A stretch of DNA of 63,087 nt, filler included, from Actinomycetales bacterium (GTDB lineage Bacteria; Actinomycetota; Actinomycetes; Actinomycetales; CAVURS01): the NCBI GenBank assembly GCA_045807245.1. It is 3 parts of 3 records of this genome, joined end to end, with 100 filler letters (N's around TTAATTAATTAA, not from the genome) between each part and the next. Parts side by side here need not be neighbours in the genome. Positions count along the whole stretch, not along the records: positions 1 to 26,106 come from JBJMHS010000050.1; 2 more parts are not named here. One strand, 5' to 3'. The notes beneath the pieces are model-generated. The model had not been told where the DNA came from, searched no databases, and worked only from the letters and a program-made list of their open reading frames with translations. Position 1 is the first letter of the stretch; each line of letters begins with the position of its first letter. A program made the translations under genes and the position numbers. This document shows positions 1-9,429 of this stretch, one piece after another.

Positions 1-1241
1 CGGAACCGGCCCTGCTTGCCCTTGAGCAGGTCGGACAGCGACTTCAGCGGGCGGTTGCCCGGGCCGGTGACCGGCCGGCCGCGACGGCCGTTGTCGAACA
101 GCGCGTCGACGGCCTCCTGCAGCATGCGCTTCTCGTTGTTGACGATGATCTCCGGCGCGCCCAGGTCGAGCAGTCGCTTGAGCCGGTTGTTCCGGTTGAT
201 CACCCGGCGGTACAGGTCGTTCAGGTCGCTCGTCGCGAACCGGCCACCGTCGAGCTGCACCATCGGGCGCAGGTCCGGCGGGATGACCGGCACGCAGTCG
301 AGCACCATGCCCATCGGGCTGTTGCGCGTGGTGAGGAACGCGGAGACCACCTTGAGCCGCTTCAGGGCCCGCGTCTTGCGCTGGCCGCGGCCGGTCTGGA
401 TGATCCCGCGCAGGGACTGGGCCTCGGCCTCGAGGTCGAACGTCTCGAGCCGGCGCTGGATCGCGGCCGCACCCATGCTGCCGTCGAAGTACAGGCCGAA
501 GCGCTCGCGCATCTCGCGGTAGAGCACCTCGTCGCCCTCGAGGTCCTGGACCTTGAGGTTCTTGAACCGGTCCCAGACCGTGTCCAGGCGGTCGATCTCC
601 GCGTCCGCACGACGACGGATCTGCGCCATCTCGCGCTCGGCCGACTCCTTGACCTTGCGGCGCTGGTCGCTCTTGGCGCCCTCCGCCTCCAGCTGGGCGA
701 TGTCGTCCTCGAGCCGCTTGGCCCGGGCCGCGATGTCGGCTTCCTTGCGGTTGTCGACCTCCTTCTTCTCGACCTCGATCTGCGCCTCGAGCGAGGGCAG
801 GTCGCGGTGGCGGCCCTCCTCGTCGACGGACGTGATCATGTACGCCGCGAAGTAGATGACCTTCTCCAGGTCCTTCGGCGCCAGGTCGAGCAGGTACCCG
901 AGCCGGCTCGGCACGCCCTTGAAGTACCAGATGTGGGTGACCGGAGCCGCGAGCTCGATGTGGCCCATCCGCTCACGCCGGACCTTCGCGCGGGTCACCT
1001 CGACGCCGCAGCGCTCGCAGATGATGCCCTTGAACCGGACCCGCTTGTACTTGCCGCAGTAGCACTCCCAGTCCCGGGTGGGGCCGAAGATCTTCTCGCA
1101 GAAGAGCCCGTCCTTCTCCGGCTTCAGGGTGCGGTAGTTGATCGTCTCCGGCTTCTTGACCTCGCCGTGCGACCACTGGCGGATGTCCTCCGCCGTGGCC
1201 AGCCCGATGCGGAGCTCGTCGAACAGGTTGACGTCGAGCAC
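1..1241 (-). CDS. rpoC: DNA-directed RNA polymerase beta' subunit (5' part; runs off window)
   Basis: GTG at 1241 with GAAGGA RBS; reads [16 protein letters not shown]...[52 protein letters not shown] (Zn finger); follows rpoB. Confidence 0.98.
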   Translation of the reverse strand, partial: MLDVNLFDELRIGLATAEDIRQWSHGEVKKPETINYRTLKPEKDGLFCEKIFGPTRDWECYCGKYKRVRFKGIICERCGVEVTRAKVRRERMGHIELAAPVTHIWYFKGVPSRLGYLLDLAPKDLEKVIYFAAYMITSVDEEGRHRDLPSLEAQIEVEKKEVDNRKEADIAARAKRLEDDIAQLEAEGAKSDQRRKVKESAEREMAQIRRRADAEIDRLDTVWDRFKNLKVQDLEGDEVLYREMRERFGLYFDGSMGAAAIQRRLETFDLEAEAQSLRGIIQTGRGQRKTRALKRLKVVSAFLTTRNSPMGMVLDCVPVIPPDLRPMVQLDGGRFATSDLNDLYRRVINRNNRLKRLLDLGAPEIIVNNEKRMLQEAVDALFDNGRRGRPVTGPGNRPLKSLSDLLKGKQGRF

Positions 1242-1331
1242 GTGTGTCCTTCTCTCGCTTCAGTCTTCGCGAAGTGTGTCTAGTCGCTGGGTGGTGTCGT
1301 CGTACGGAACTCGTCGGTGATGAAGCGGGAC

Positions 1332-4300
1332 TCAGACCTCTTCGACGCTGCTGGGCTCACGCCGGGACAGGTCGATGCCGAGCTCCTCGGCCGCGCGGAA
1401 CACGTCCTCGTCGCTGTCGCGCATCTCGACCTGCATGCCGTCGCTGGAGAGCACCTCGACGTTGAGGCACAGCGACTGCATCTCCTTGATCAGCACCTTG
1501 AACGATTCGGGGATGCCCGGCTCGGGGATGTTTTCGCCCTTGACGATGGCCTCGTACACCTTGACCCGGCCCACGACGTCGTCGGACTTGATCGTCAGGA
1601 GCTCCTGCAACGCGTACGCCGCGCCGTAGGCCTCCAGCGCCCAGACCTCCATCTCGCCGAACCGCTGGCCGCCGAACTGGGCCTTACCACCCAGGGGCTG
1701 CTGCGTGATCATCGAGTACGGGCCGGTCGAGCGGGCATGGATCTTGTCGTCGACCAGGTGGTGCAGCTTCAGGATGTACATGAAGCCGACTGCGACCGTC
1801 TCGGGGAACGGGTCGCCGGTGCGGCCGTCGAACAGCACGGCCTTGCCGGCGCCGTCGACCAGACGGTCGCCGTCGCGGGTCGGCAGCGTCGATGCCAGCA
1901 GCCCGGTGATCTCGTCCTCACGCGCGCCGTCGAACACCGGCGACGCGACCCGAGTGCCCGGACCGGCCGCATAGGCGTCCTTCGGCATGCCGGAGGCCCA
2001 CTCGGGACTGCCCTGGATCTCCCAGCCGCGGCTGGCCACCCAGCCGAGGTGGGTCTCGAGGACCTGCCCGATGTTCATCCGGCTCGGCACGCCCAGCGGG
2101 TTCAGCACGACGTCGACGGCGGTGCCGTCCTCGAGGAACGGCATGTCCTCGACGGGCAGGATCTTGGAGATCACACCCTTGTTGCCGTGCCGCCCGGCGA
2201 GCTTGTCGCCGTCGGTGATCTTGCGCTTCTGAGCGACGTAGACCCGCACCAGCTGGTTCACGCCCGGTGGGAGCTCGTCGCCCTCCTCGCGGTCGAACAC
2301 CTTGACGCCGATGATGGTGCCGGACTCGCCGTGCGGCACCTTCAGCGACGTGTCGCGCACCTCGCGGGCCTTCTCGCCGAAGATCGCGCGCAGCAGCCGC
2401 TCCTCCGGGGTCAGCTCGGTCTCGCCCTTGGGCGTCACCTTGCCGACCAGGATGTCGCCGTTGCCGACCTCGGCGCCGATGCGGATGATGCCGCGCTCGT
2501 CCAGGTCGGCCAGGACCTCCTCGGAGACGTTCGGGATGTCCCGGGTGATCTCCTCCGGCCCCAGCTTGGTGTCGCGGGCGTCGACCTCGTGCTCCTCGAT
2601 GTGGATCGAGGAGAGGACGTCGTCCTGCACCAGGCGCTGGCTGAGGATGATCGCGTCCTCGTAGTTGTGGCCCTCCCACGGCATGAACGCCACGAGCAGG
2701 TTGCGGCCCAGCGCCATCTCGCCCTGGTCGGTCGAGGGGCCGTCGGCGAGGACGTTGCCGACCTCGACCCGGTCACCCTCGTTGACCGTCGTGTGCTGGT
2801 TGTAGGCCGTGCCCTGGTTCGAGCGCCGGAACTTCGCGACGCGGTACGTCGTCGTCGTGCCGTCGTCGTTGGCCACGTTCACGGTGTCGGCCGAGACCTC
2901 GGACACGACGCCGGCCTTCTCCGCGCGGACCACGTCACCGCTGTCCAGGGCGGCACGGAACTCCATGCCGGTGCCGACCAGCGGCGCCTCGGACTTCACG
3001 AGCGGGACGGCCTGGCGCTGCATGTTCGAACCCATGAGCGCCCGGTTGGCGTCGTCGTGCTCGAGGAACGGGATCATCGCCGTCGCGGCCGAGACCATCT
3101 GGCGGGCCGAGACGTCCATGAAGTCGACGTCCGTCGGCGCGACGTACTCGACCTCTCCGCCCTTCGTCCGGACCGTGACCCGGTCCTCGGCGAAGTGGCC
3201 GTCCGCGGTCAGCGGGGCGTTGGCCTGGGCGATGACGTGCTCGTCCTCCTCGTCCGCGGTCAGGTAGCGGACCTCGTCCGACACCTTGCCCTTGGTGACC
3301 AGGCGGTACGGCGTCTCGACGAACCCGAACGCGTTGATCCGGCCGTACGCCGACAGCGAGCCGATGAGGCCGATGTTCGGGCCTTCCGGCGTCTCGATCG
3401 GGCACATCCGGCCGTAGTGGCTGGGGTGGACGTCGCGGACCTCCATGCCCGCGCGGTCACGGGACAGACCACCGGGGCCGAGCGCCGACAGACGGCGCTT
3501 GTGGGTCAGGCCGGCCAGCGGGTTGGTCTGGTCCATGAACTGCGAGAGCTGGCTGGTGCCGAAGAACTCCTTGATGGAGGCGACGACCGGCCGGATGTTG
3601 ATCAGGGTCTGCGGCGTGATCGCCTCGACGTCCTGGGTCGTCATCCGCTCGCGCACGACCCGCTCCATCCGGGACAGGCCGGTGCGTACCTGGTTCTGGA
3701 TCAGCTCGCCGACGGTACGCAGGCGACGGTTGCCGAAGTGGTCGATGTCGTCGACCTCGACGCGTACGTCGTACGGCTTGCCGTCGCGCGTCCCCGGCAT
3801 GCTCGTGTTGCCGGCGTGCAGGGAGACCAGCAGCCTGATGGTCGCGACGATGTCGTCGAGGTTCAGCACGCTGTTGCTCAGCGGCTGCTCCTGGCCGAGC
3901 TTCTTGTTGATCTTGTACCGCCCGACCTTGGCCAGGTCGTAGCGCTTGTGGTTGAAGTAGAGGTTGTCGAGCAGGTTCTGCGCGGCCTCACGCGTCGGGG
4001 GCTCGCCCGGACGGAGCTTGCGGTAGATGTCGAGCAGCGCGTCGTCCTGGCCGGTCGTGTGGTCCTTCTCCAGGGTCTGGCGCATCGACTCGGCGTCGCC
4101 GAACTGCTCCAGGATGTCGGCCTCCGACATGCCCAGCGCCTTCAGCAGCACCGTCACCGACTGCTTGCGCTTGCGGTCGACGCGGACGCCGACCATGTCG
4201 CGCTTGTCGATCTCGAACTCCAGCCAGGCGCCACGGGACGGGATGACCTTGGACGTGTAGATGTCCTTGTCCGACGTCTTGTCCGCGGTGCGCTCGAAGT

Positions 4301-4820
4301 AGACGCCCGGCGAGCGGACCAGCTGGCTGACCACGACGCGCTCGGTGCCGTTGATGACGAAGGTGCCGCGCTCGGTCATGAGCGGGAAGTCGCCCATGAA
4401 GACGGTCTGGCTCTTGATCTCACCGGTCGTGGCGTTCATGAACTCGGCCGTGACGAACAGCGGGGCCGAGTAGGTCATGTCCCGCTCCTTGCACTCCTCG
4501 ATGGAGTACTTGGCGGGCTCGAAGCGGTGGTCGCGGAACGACAGGCTCATCGAGCCGGAGAAGTCCTCGATCGGCGAGATCTCCTCGAAGATCTCCTCGA
4601 GGCCGGACTTCTCGTTCAGGTCCTCGCGCCCGGCGGCCTTGCCGTCGGCGAGCCGGGTGGCCCAGCGCTCGTTGCCGAGCAGCCAGTCGAAGCTGTCGGT
4701 CTGCAGAGCAAGCAGGTCGGGAACCTCAAGTGGTTCCCGGATCTTGGCGAAAGAGATACGGCCGGAGGCCGTGAGTGCGGACGAACGAGTGATGTTCTGG
4801 GCGGTGCGCGGGGCAGCCAA
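1332..4820 (-). CDS. rpoB: DNA-directed RNA polymerase beta subunit
   Basis: [61 protein letters not shown]; likely TTG start at 4820 behind GGAAGGA. Confidence 0.99.
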   Translation of the reverse strand: MAAPRTAQNITRSSALTASGRISFAKIREPLEVPDLLALQTDSFDWLLGNERWATRLADGKAAGREDLNEKSGLEEIFEEISPIEDFSGSMSLSFRDHRFEPAKYSIEECKERDMTYSAPLFVTAEFMNATTGEIKSQTVFMGDFPLMTERGTFVINGTERVVVSQLVRSPGVYFERTADKTSDKDIYTSKVIPSRGAWLEFEIDKRDMVGVRVDRKRKQSVTVLLKALGMSEADILEQFGDAESMRQTLEKDHTTGQDDALLDIYRKLRPGEPPTREAAQNLLDNLYFNHKRYDLAKVGRYKINKKLGQEQPLSNSVLNLDDIVATIRLLVSLHAGNTSMPGTRDGKPYDVRVEVDDIDHFGNRRLRTVGELIQNQVRTGLSRMERVVRERMTTQDVEAITPQTLINIRPVVASIKEFFGTSQLSQFMDQTNPLAGLTHKRRLSALGPGGLSRDRAGMEVRDVHPSHYGRMCPIETPEGPNIGLIGSLSAYGRINAFGFVETPYRLVTKGKVSDEVRYLTADEEDEHVIAQANAPLTADGHFAEDRVTVRTKGGEVEYVAPTDVDFMDVSARQMVSAATAMIPFLEHDDANRALMGSNMQRQAVPLVKSEAPLVGTGMEFRAALDSGDVVRAEKAGVVSEVSADTVNVANDDGTTTTYRVAKFRRSNQGTAYNQHTTVNEGDRVEVGNVLADGPSTDQGEMALGRNLLVAFMPWEGHNYEDAIILSQRLVQDDVLSSIHIEEHEVDARDTKLGPEEITRDIPNVSEEVLADLDERGIIRIGAEVGNGDILVGKVTPKGETELTPEERLLRAIFGEKAREVRDTSLKVPHGESGTIIGVKVFDREEGDELPPGVNQLVRVYVAQKRKITDGDKLAGRHGNKGVISKILPVEDMPFLEDGTAVDVVLNPLGVPSRMNIGQVLETHLGWVASRGWEIQGSPEWASGMPKDAYAAGPGTRVASPVFDGAREDEITGLLASTLPTRDGDRLVDGAGKAVLFDGRTGDPFPETVAVGFMYILKLHHLVDDKIHARSTGPYSMITQQPLGGKAQFGGQRFGEMEVWALEAYGAAYALQELLTIKSDDVVGRVKVYEAIVKGENIPEPGIPESFKVLIKEMQSLCLNVEVLSSDGMQVEMRDSDEDVFRAAEELGIDLSRREPSSVEEV

Positions 4821-4984
4821 GGAGGGTCCTTCCACGGGCCTGTGTCAGTCTCAATGAGCTGTGGATCTCACTGCGACAACTCGATGCGCATGGCGATCGC
4901 CCCGGATCCGTATCGGCGTCGTGAGCTGCGCGAAGGCAGGACGAAACTCGGTACAGGCGGGGACGGAAGACAGCGCAAGGCGCC

Positions 4985-5013
4985 ACAATAACACGTGCAC
5001 TTGAGCACGTCCA
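4985..5013 (-). promoter_or_regulatory. Putative housekeeping sigma promoter of rpoBC
   Basis: TGGACG-17 nt-TATTGT on minus strand ~165 bp upstream of rpoB. Confidence 0.55.
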
Positions 5014-5128
5014 GTGGCCTCAAGCGCGCCCGCGGTGTCGTCACGCGGGCAGCCAGAGGCTCGCCACCAAGATGACCCTCGAAGGCCCTTCCGTCAAGGG
5101 CATCGCCCCTTTTCCACACCCGCGCCGC

Positions 5129-5234
5129 GCGTCGTACCCCTCAGTCAGGTGCCCTCCCAAAGCCGCTTCACCCCCCGAAAGCCGCCGTCGGAGCCGGATA
5201 CGGCCCCGCCAGCGGCTTTCGAGGGGTACGACGC
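5129..5234. repeat. Composite palindromic (REP/BIME-like) element, copy 1
   Basis: 14-bp perfect terminal IR GCGTCGTACCCCTC/GAGGGGTACGACGC enclosing CCC(Y)CSRAAAGCCGC units in both orientations. Confidence 0.75.
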
Positions 5235-5256
5235 CGGGCTGGGAGGATGCGGAGGC

Positions 5257-6789
5257 ATGGGAGCGGACGGGGACGACGACGGGGCTCCGCCGGTCGCGAT
5301 CCCGGACCCGGCCCTCGTGGTGCTGGTCGGCCCGTCCGGCTCGGGCAAGTCGACCTGGGCGGCCGCGCGGTACCGGGCCACCGAGGTCGTCTCGTCGGAC
5401 GCCTTGCGCGCGGTCGTGGGCAGCGGTCCGGCCGACCTGGACGCCTCGGCGGACGCGTTCGCGCTGCTCGAGACGGTGGTTGCGGCCCGGGCCGGCCGCG
5501 GCCTGACCACGGTCGTGGACACCCTGGGCCTGGACCCGGTACGACGGCGGGCCTGGCTCGCGCTGGCCCGGGCCGCGGGACTGCCGGCCGTGGCGGTCGT
5601 CCTGGACACGCCCGCGCGGCTCTGCCGCGACCGCAACCGGCTCCGCGACCGGCCCGTGCCGGCCGCCGTACTGGCCGGGCAGCTGGACTCGGCGCGGACG
5701 GTCCGGGCCGACCTGGAGGCCGAGGGCTGGGACCTCGTGACGCTGGTCAGCGGCGGGTCGGCCGGGCCCGTCGCCGTACTGACCGAGCACGCGCCGCCCG
5801 ACGCACATGACCAACCCGGCCGACCGGATGACCCCGACCAGCATCGTGGCGGGACCGGCCTGGAGTTCGTCCTGCAGGTGTCGAGGTTTCCCTGGGGCAA
5901 GGATCCGGCCGGTTGGCTCGTCGCGGTGGCCCGGGCGGCCCAGCAGGCCGGCCTGGACGGCCTCGCGCTGATGGACCACCTGATCCAGATCCCGCAGGTC
6001 GGGCGCGAGTGGGAGGACCTGCCCGAACCGTTCGTGACCCTGGGCCTGCTCGCCGGCGCCGCGCCCGGGCTGCGGCTGGGCCCACTGGTCTCGCCCCTCT
6101 CGTGGCGCCGGCCCGGCTTGCTGGCCAAGGCGGTCGCCACCCTCGACGTGCTGAGCGGGGGCCGGGCCTTCTGCGGGGTGGGCGCCGGCTGGTGGGGCCG
6201 GGAGCACGCGGCGTACGACGTCCCGTTCCCTTCCGCCGGCGAGCGGCTGGACCTGCTCGAGCGCGGCATCGAGACGATGCGCGCGCTCTGGCGGCCGGGC
6301 ACCGCGGCGTACGACGGGGACCTGGTGCAGCTGCCGGAGACCACGTCCTACCCGCGGCCGGTCGGGCCGGTGCCGGTCGTCGTGGGCGGGCGCGGCCCGC
6401 GGCTGCTCGGCATCGCCGCGCGCCGCGGCGACGCGTGCAACCTGCCCTCCCGCCTCGACGTCCTGCAGCCGGGCATCGAGCGCCTGCGGGTGGCCTGCGC
6501 CGAGGCGGGCCGCGACCCGGCCGAGGTGGCCGTCACCGTCCTCGACGTCCCGGTCCTCGGGGTGGACCGCGACGACGCCGCCCGCCGCGTCGAGCAGCTG
6601 CGTGGCCGCACCTCCGCGCCGGCCTACGCGCGGGCCCACCACGCCGGCGTCGCGGCCGACCACGTCACGCGGTACCGGCAGCTGGCCGGGCTCGGTGTCT
6701 CGACCGTGTTCGTCGCACTGCCCGACCTGCAGGGCCCGGACGACCTGGCCCGCCTCGCACCGGTCGTCGCGGCCTGCCGCTCCCGCTAG
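5257..6789 (+). CDS. Fusion: N-terminal P-loop (polynucleotide-kinase/AAA_33-like) domain + luciferase-like monooxygenase (LLM) domain
   Basis: LVVLVGPSGSGKSTW, VVSSDALR, RGLTTVVDT, then LMDHLIQIP...EPFVTLGLLAG...LAKAVATLDVLSGGRAFCGVGAGW; ATG at 5257. Confidence 0.85.
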   Translation: MGADGDDDGAPPVAIPDPALVVLVGPSGSGKSTWAAARYRATEVVSSDALRAVVGSGPADLDASADAFALLETVVAARAGRGLTTVVDTLGLDPVRRRAWLALARAAGLPAVAVVLDTPARLCRDRNRLRDRPVPAAVLAGQLDSARTVRADLEAEGWDLVTLVSGGSAGPVAVLTEHAPPDAHDQPGRPDDPDQHRGGTGLEFVLQVSRFPWGKDPAGWLVAVARAAQQAGLDGLALMDHLIQIPQVGREWEDLPEPFVTLGLLAGAAPGLRLGPLVSPLSWRRPGLLAKAVATLDVLSGGRAFCGVGAGWWGREHAAYDVPFPSAGERLDLLERGIETMRALWRPGTAAYDGDLVQLPETTSYPRPVGPVPVVVGGRGPRLLGIAARRGDACNLPSRLDVLQPGIERLRVACAEAGRDPAEVAVTVLDVPVLGVDRDDAARRVEQLRGRTSAPAYARAHHAGVAADHVTRYRQLAGLGVSTVFVALPDLQGPDDLARLAPVVAACRSR

Positions 6790-7478
6790 AGCGCCCTGAG
6801 CCCGCTGACCAGCCAGCGCGAGCCGGACCGGGTCATCGTCAACTGCACCCGGTTGAGGTCCGTCTTGGCCGCCGAGAGCCGGTTGGACGTTGTCGTCTGG
6901 TTGACGAACAGCAGCACCGTGGCCCGGTCGGCCGTGGAGCTGACGACTCCCCCGGCGACGACCTTGGCCACGACGACGGCCTGCGTCTGCGTGGCCAGCT
7001 GCTTGACCGCCTTGGCCGTCGTGGCCTGGTAGTCGGTCCGGAACGATCCGGTCGTCAGCGCGGCGGCCTGGGCGAAGTCGGTGTCCAGGTGCCGGTAGTC
7101 GTAGCTCAGGATGGTCGCCGCACTGTTCCTGGCGGCGGCGAGGGCGGAGTCGCCGGCCCGCATGTCGGTCCGGTCGGCCCGGGTCGTGACCACGGCCAGC
7201 AGGCACGCGGCGAGGACGGCGACCAGACACACGGCGAGCGCGGTCGCCACCCAGCGCGGACGACGACGTACGCCGGCGTCGGCAGCGGCGTCCCGCGCCG
7301 GCGCCGGCTGCTCGTCGGCCTCCTTGCCTGGTACGGCGACCGGCACGTCCCGGCTGGACAGCACCTCGGCGCGGTCGGTGAGGTCGATCGTGCGGCGACG
7401 GTCGCCGGCGATGCGCCGGCGGGCCGCTCCGGCGGACTTGGCACCGGTGCTGGCTGCGCTAGGTGTGGCGTTCCTCAT
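6786..7478 (-). CDS. Mce-associated membrane protein (Mam)
   Basis: Single TM, ILSYDYRHLDTDF, ATVLLFVNQTTT, W-terminal strand; last gene of mce operon. Confidence 0.85.
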   Translation of the reverse strand: MRNATPSAASTGAKSAGAARRRIAGDRRRTIDLTDRAEVLSSRDVPVAVPGKEADEQPAPARDAAADAGVRRRPRWVATALAVCLVAVLAACLLAVVTTRADRTDMRAGDSALAAARNSAATILSYDYRHLDTDFAQAAALTTGSFRTDYQATTAKAVKQLATQTQAVVVAKVVAGGVVSSTADRATVLLFVNQTTTSNRLSAAKTDLNRVQLTMTRSGSRWLVSGLRAL

Positions 7479-7488
7479 CCGACGACCC

Positions 7489-8073
7489 TCATCCGACGAA
7501 CTGCAGCTGGCTGGCCAGCCAGTGACCGTCGACCTTGGCCAGGTCCAGCTGCACGCGGTAGTGCCGGGCCGTCGGTCCGGACGTGCTGGTGTTGGTGACC
7601 GACGCGTCGAGCGCGAGGAGCACGCGCGCGGTCTTGTCCGATGCGGAGACCAGAGCCGTCTGGCCGACGGTGCCCGTCGAGACCGACTTGTTGGCGATGA
7701 CGACCTGCTTGATTCGGGCGGCCTGCGCGGCGAAGTCGGTGCGGAAGGCTCCGGTCGCGACGGCAGTCACTCGGGCCGTGTCGCGGTCGAACGTCCGGTA
7801 GTCGAGAGTCGAGAAGTTCACGGCGACCTGCCGCGCGGCTGCCATGGCGTCGTTCCGGTTCTGCGCCACCGAACGCTGGTCCAGGGCCTGGTGCCCGAGG
7901 ACGGCCGCGAGGACCATTGCGGCCACGAGCGCCAGCGCGAGGGTGAGGTCGATCCCGGGGGCCCGCCGCCGCCAGCGCGTCGAGCTCGCCGGCCCGTCCG
8001 CCGCATCGGCGGGCTCTCTGGCCGGCTCGTCGTCCGAGTGCGCCCCCAAGGTGCGCGCGAGCACTGCGGTCAC
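7489..8073 (-). CDS. Mce-associated membrane protein (Mam)
   Basis: Single TM, AARQVAVNFSTLDYRT, ATGAFRTDF, GHWLASQLQFV. Confidence 0.85.
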   Translation of the reverse strand: MTAVLARTLGAHSDDEPAREPADAADGPASSTRWRRRAPGIDLTLALALVAAMVLAAVLGHQALDQRSVAQNRNDAMAAARQVAVNFSTLDYRTFDRDTARVTAVATGAFRTDFAAQAARIKQVVIANKSVSTGTVGQTALVSASDKTARVLLALDASVTNTSTSGPTARHYRVQLDLAKVDGHWLASQLQFVG

Positions 8074-8140
8074 TCTGCCTCTCCCGTCCGGCTGCTGCTT
8101 CTCACTGGGATAACGAGCCGCGCCCGCCCGGGTTACGGCC

Positions 8141-8264
8141 CGTCGTATCCCCCGAAAGCCGCTTTACCCTCCGAAAGCCGCTGCAGCAGGGGCGGAAGGC
8201 GGCGTGGAGCGGCTTTCAGGGGGCAAAGCGGCTTTCAGGGGGCAAAGCGGCATTCAGAGGGCAC
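8141..8264. repeat. Composite palindromic (REP/BIME-like) element, copy 2
   Basis: Starts CGTCGTATCCC; two forward 19-bp units (8148-8185) and three inverted units AGCGGCTTTCAGGGGGCAA-like (8208-8264). Confidence 0.8.
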
Positions 8265-8289
8265 AGCAGCAGGCGGGCGGGGGGCGCCG

Positions 8290-8324
8290 GGTCAGTGGTC
8301 AGTGGTCAGTGGTCAGTGGTCAGT
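8290..8324. repeat. 7-bp tandem repeat (GGTCAGT)x5 overlapping mceF stop codon
   Basis: Five exact copies read directly. Confidence 0.95.
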
Positions 8325-9429
8325 GGGGGCGGGGGGCGTTCTGGGCGCCGCGGACGGACGTCGCCGATCCCGGGGGGGCCGCGCAGTGTGCGGCCGTGTT
8401 CACCGGCGGCAGGTCGCTGGTCTGGTTCGGGTCGGTACGGCGGGTGCGGCCGTACCCCTCGAGGCAGGTGGGCGGGTCGCCGGCGTTGAGGACCATGCCG
8501 AAGTGCGCGGTGCCGTCGCCCGGCAGCACGGTGAAGCTGCCGGCCACGACGTCCGGGTAGGTCACCAGGATCTGGCGGAGGCCGTCGTTGTTCACGGCGG
8601 TCACCTGGCCGACGGTGACGAGGTTCGCGAGCAGCGTCGAGAGCCCAGTCCGGTTGTCCTGCAACAGTTTTCTGACCTCGGCACTGGCCAACGTGCCACG
8701 GTCCAGCACGGCCCGGACGTCGGAGTCGTGGGCCTTGAGCGTGCCGCTGAGCAGCCGCAGGTCCGTGCTGAAGGTGAGGATCGCCGCCGAGCTCGCCTGC
8801 TGGGTCGCCAGCACGGTGCTGCCGTCGTTGATCAGCTGCACGGTCTGCGGCAGCGCCTCCGTCGCCGACCGGGTGAGCGCGTCGCCCGCGTCGAGCAGCC
8901 GCTGCAGATCCCGGCCGCCGCTCGCGAACGCGGTACCCAGCTCGTCGACCACCGTCACCAGCTGCTGCCGGTCGACCGAGCCCACCGTCGTGTCGACGTC
9001 CTTGAGCACGGTCGCGACGGGCACCGGGATCGCGGTGTTCGCGCGCGCGATCCGTCCGCCCGCGTCGAGATACGGCCCGATGTCACGCTGCGGCTCCAAG
9101 TCGACGTACTGCTCCCCGACCGCGGACCGGTCGGCCACGACCGCCTTGGCGTCGGTCGGGACGCGGGTCCCCTTGTCCAGCCGCAGGTCGACCAGGACAC
9201 CGCCCGGGGTCAGGCGCAGCCGGTCCACCCGTCCGACCTGGACGCCGCGGTAGGTGACCTCGGCGCCGGAGAAGATGCCGCCACTGTCGGCGAAGTCCGC
9301 GGTGACCACGTAGCTGCCGCCGAACAGCTTGTCCCCCAGGCCCACGTAACGCGCGGACAGGAACGAGACCGCGAGCATCGTGATGGCCAGGAACGCGACC
9401 AGCTGGAGCTTGACCGACCGGCGGATCAT
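8320..9429 (-). CDS. MCE-family protein MceF
   Basis: MIRRSVKLQLVAF..., DSGGIFSGAEVTYRGVQVGRV, RSAVGEQYVDL; ATGA overlap with upstream gene. Confidence 0.9.
   Translation of the reverse strand: MIRRSVKLQLVAFLAITMLAVSFLSARYVGLGDKLFGGSYVVTADFADSGGIFSGAEVTYRGVQVGRVDRLRLTPGGVLVDLRLDKGTRVPTDAKAVVADRSAVGEQYVDLEPQRDIGPYLDAGGRIARANTAIPVPVATVLKDVDTTVGSVDRQQLVTVVDELGTAFASGGRDLQRLLDAGDALTRSATEALPQTVQLINDGSTVLATQQASSAAILTFSTDLRLLSGTLKAHDSDVRAVLDRGTLASAEVRKLLQDNRTGLSTLLANLVTVGQVTAVNNDGLRQILVTYPDVVAGSFTVLPGDGTAHFGMVLNAGDPPTCLEGYGRTRRTDPNQTSDLPPVNTAAHCAAPPGSATSVRGAQNAPRPH

Noticed and set aside
3470..3570. Possible rifamycin-resistance substitutions in RpoB cluster I
   Set aside because: Key Q, D, H, R and S residues ([16 protein letters not shown]) are the sensitive-type consensus
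1317..4991. 1224-aa plus-strand ORF and the many other long antisense/alternate-frame ORFs
   Set aside because: Shadow ORFs of real genes in GC-rich DNA; no recognisable motifs or start signals
8141..8324. CRISPR-like array
   Set aside because: Units are adjacent or inverted with no unique regular spacers, and no cas genes are present
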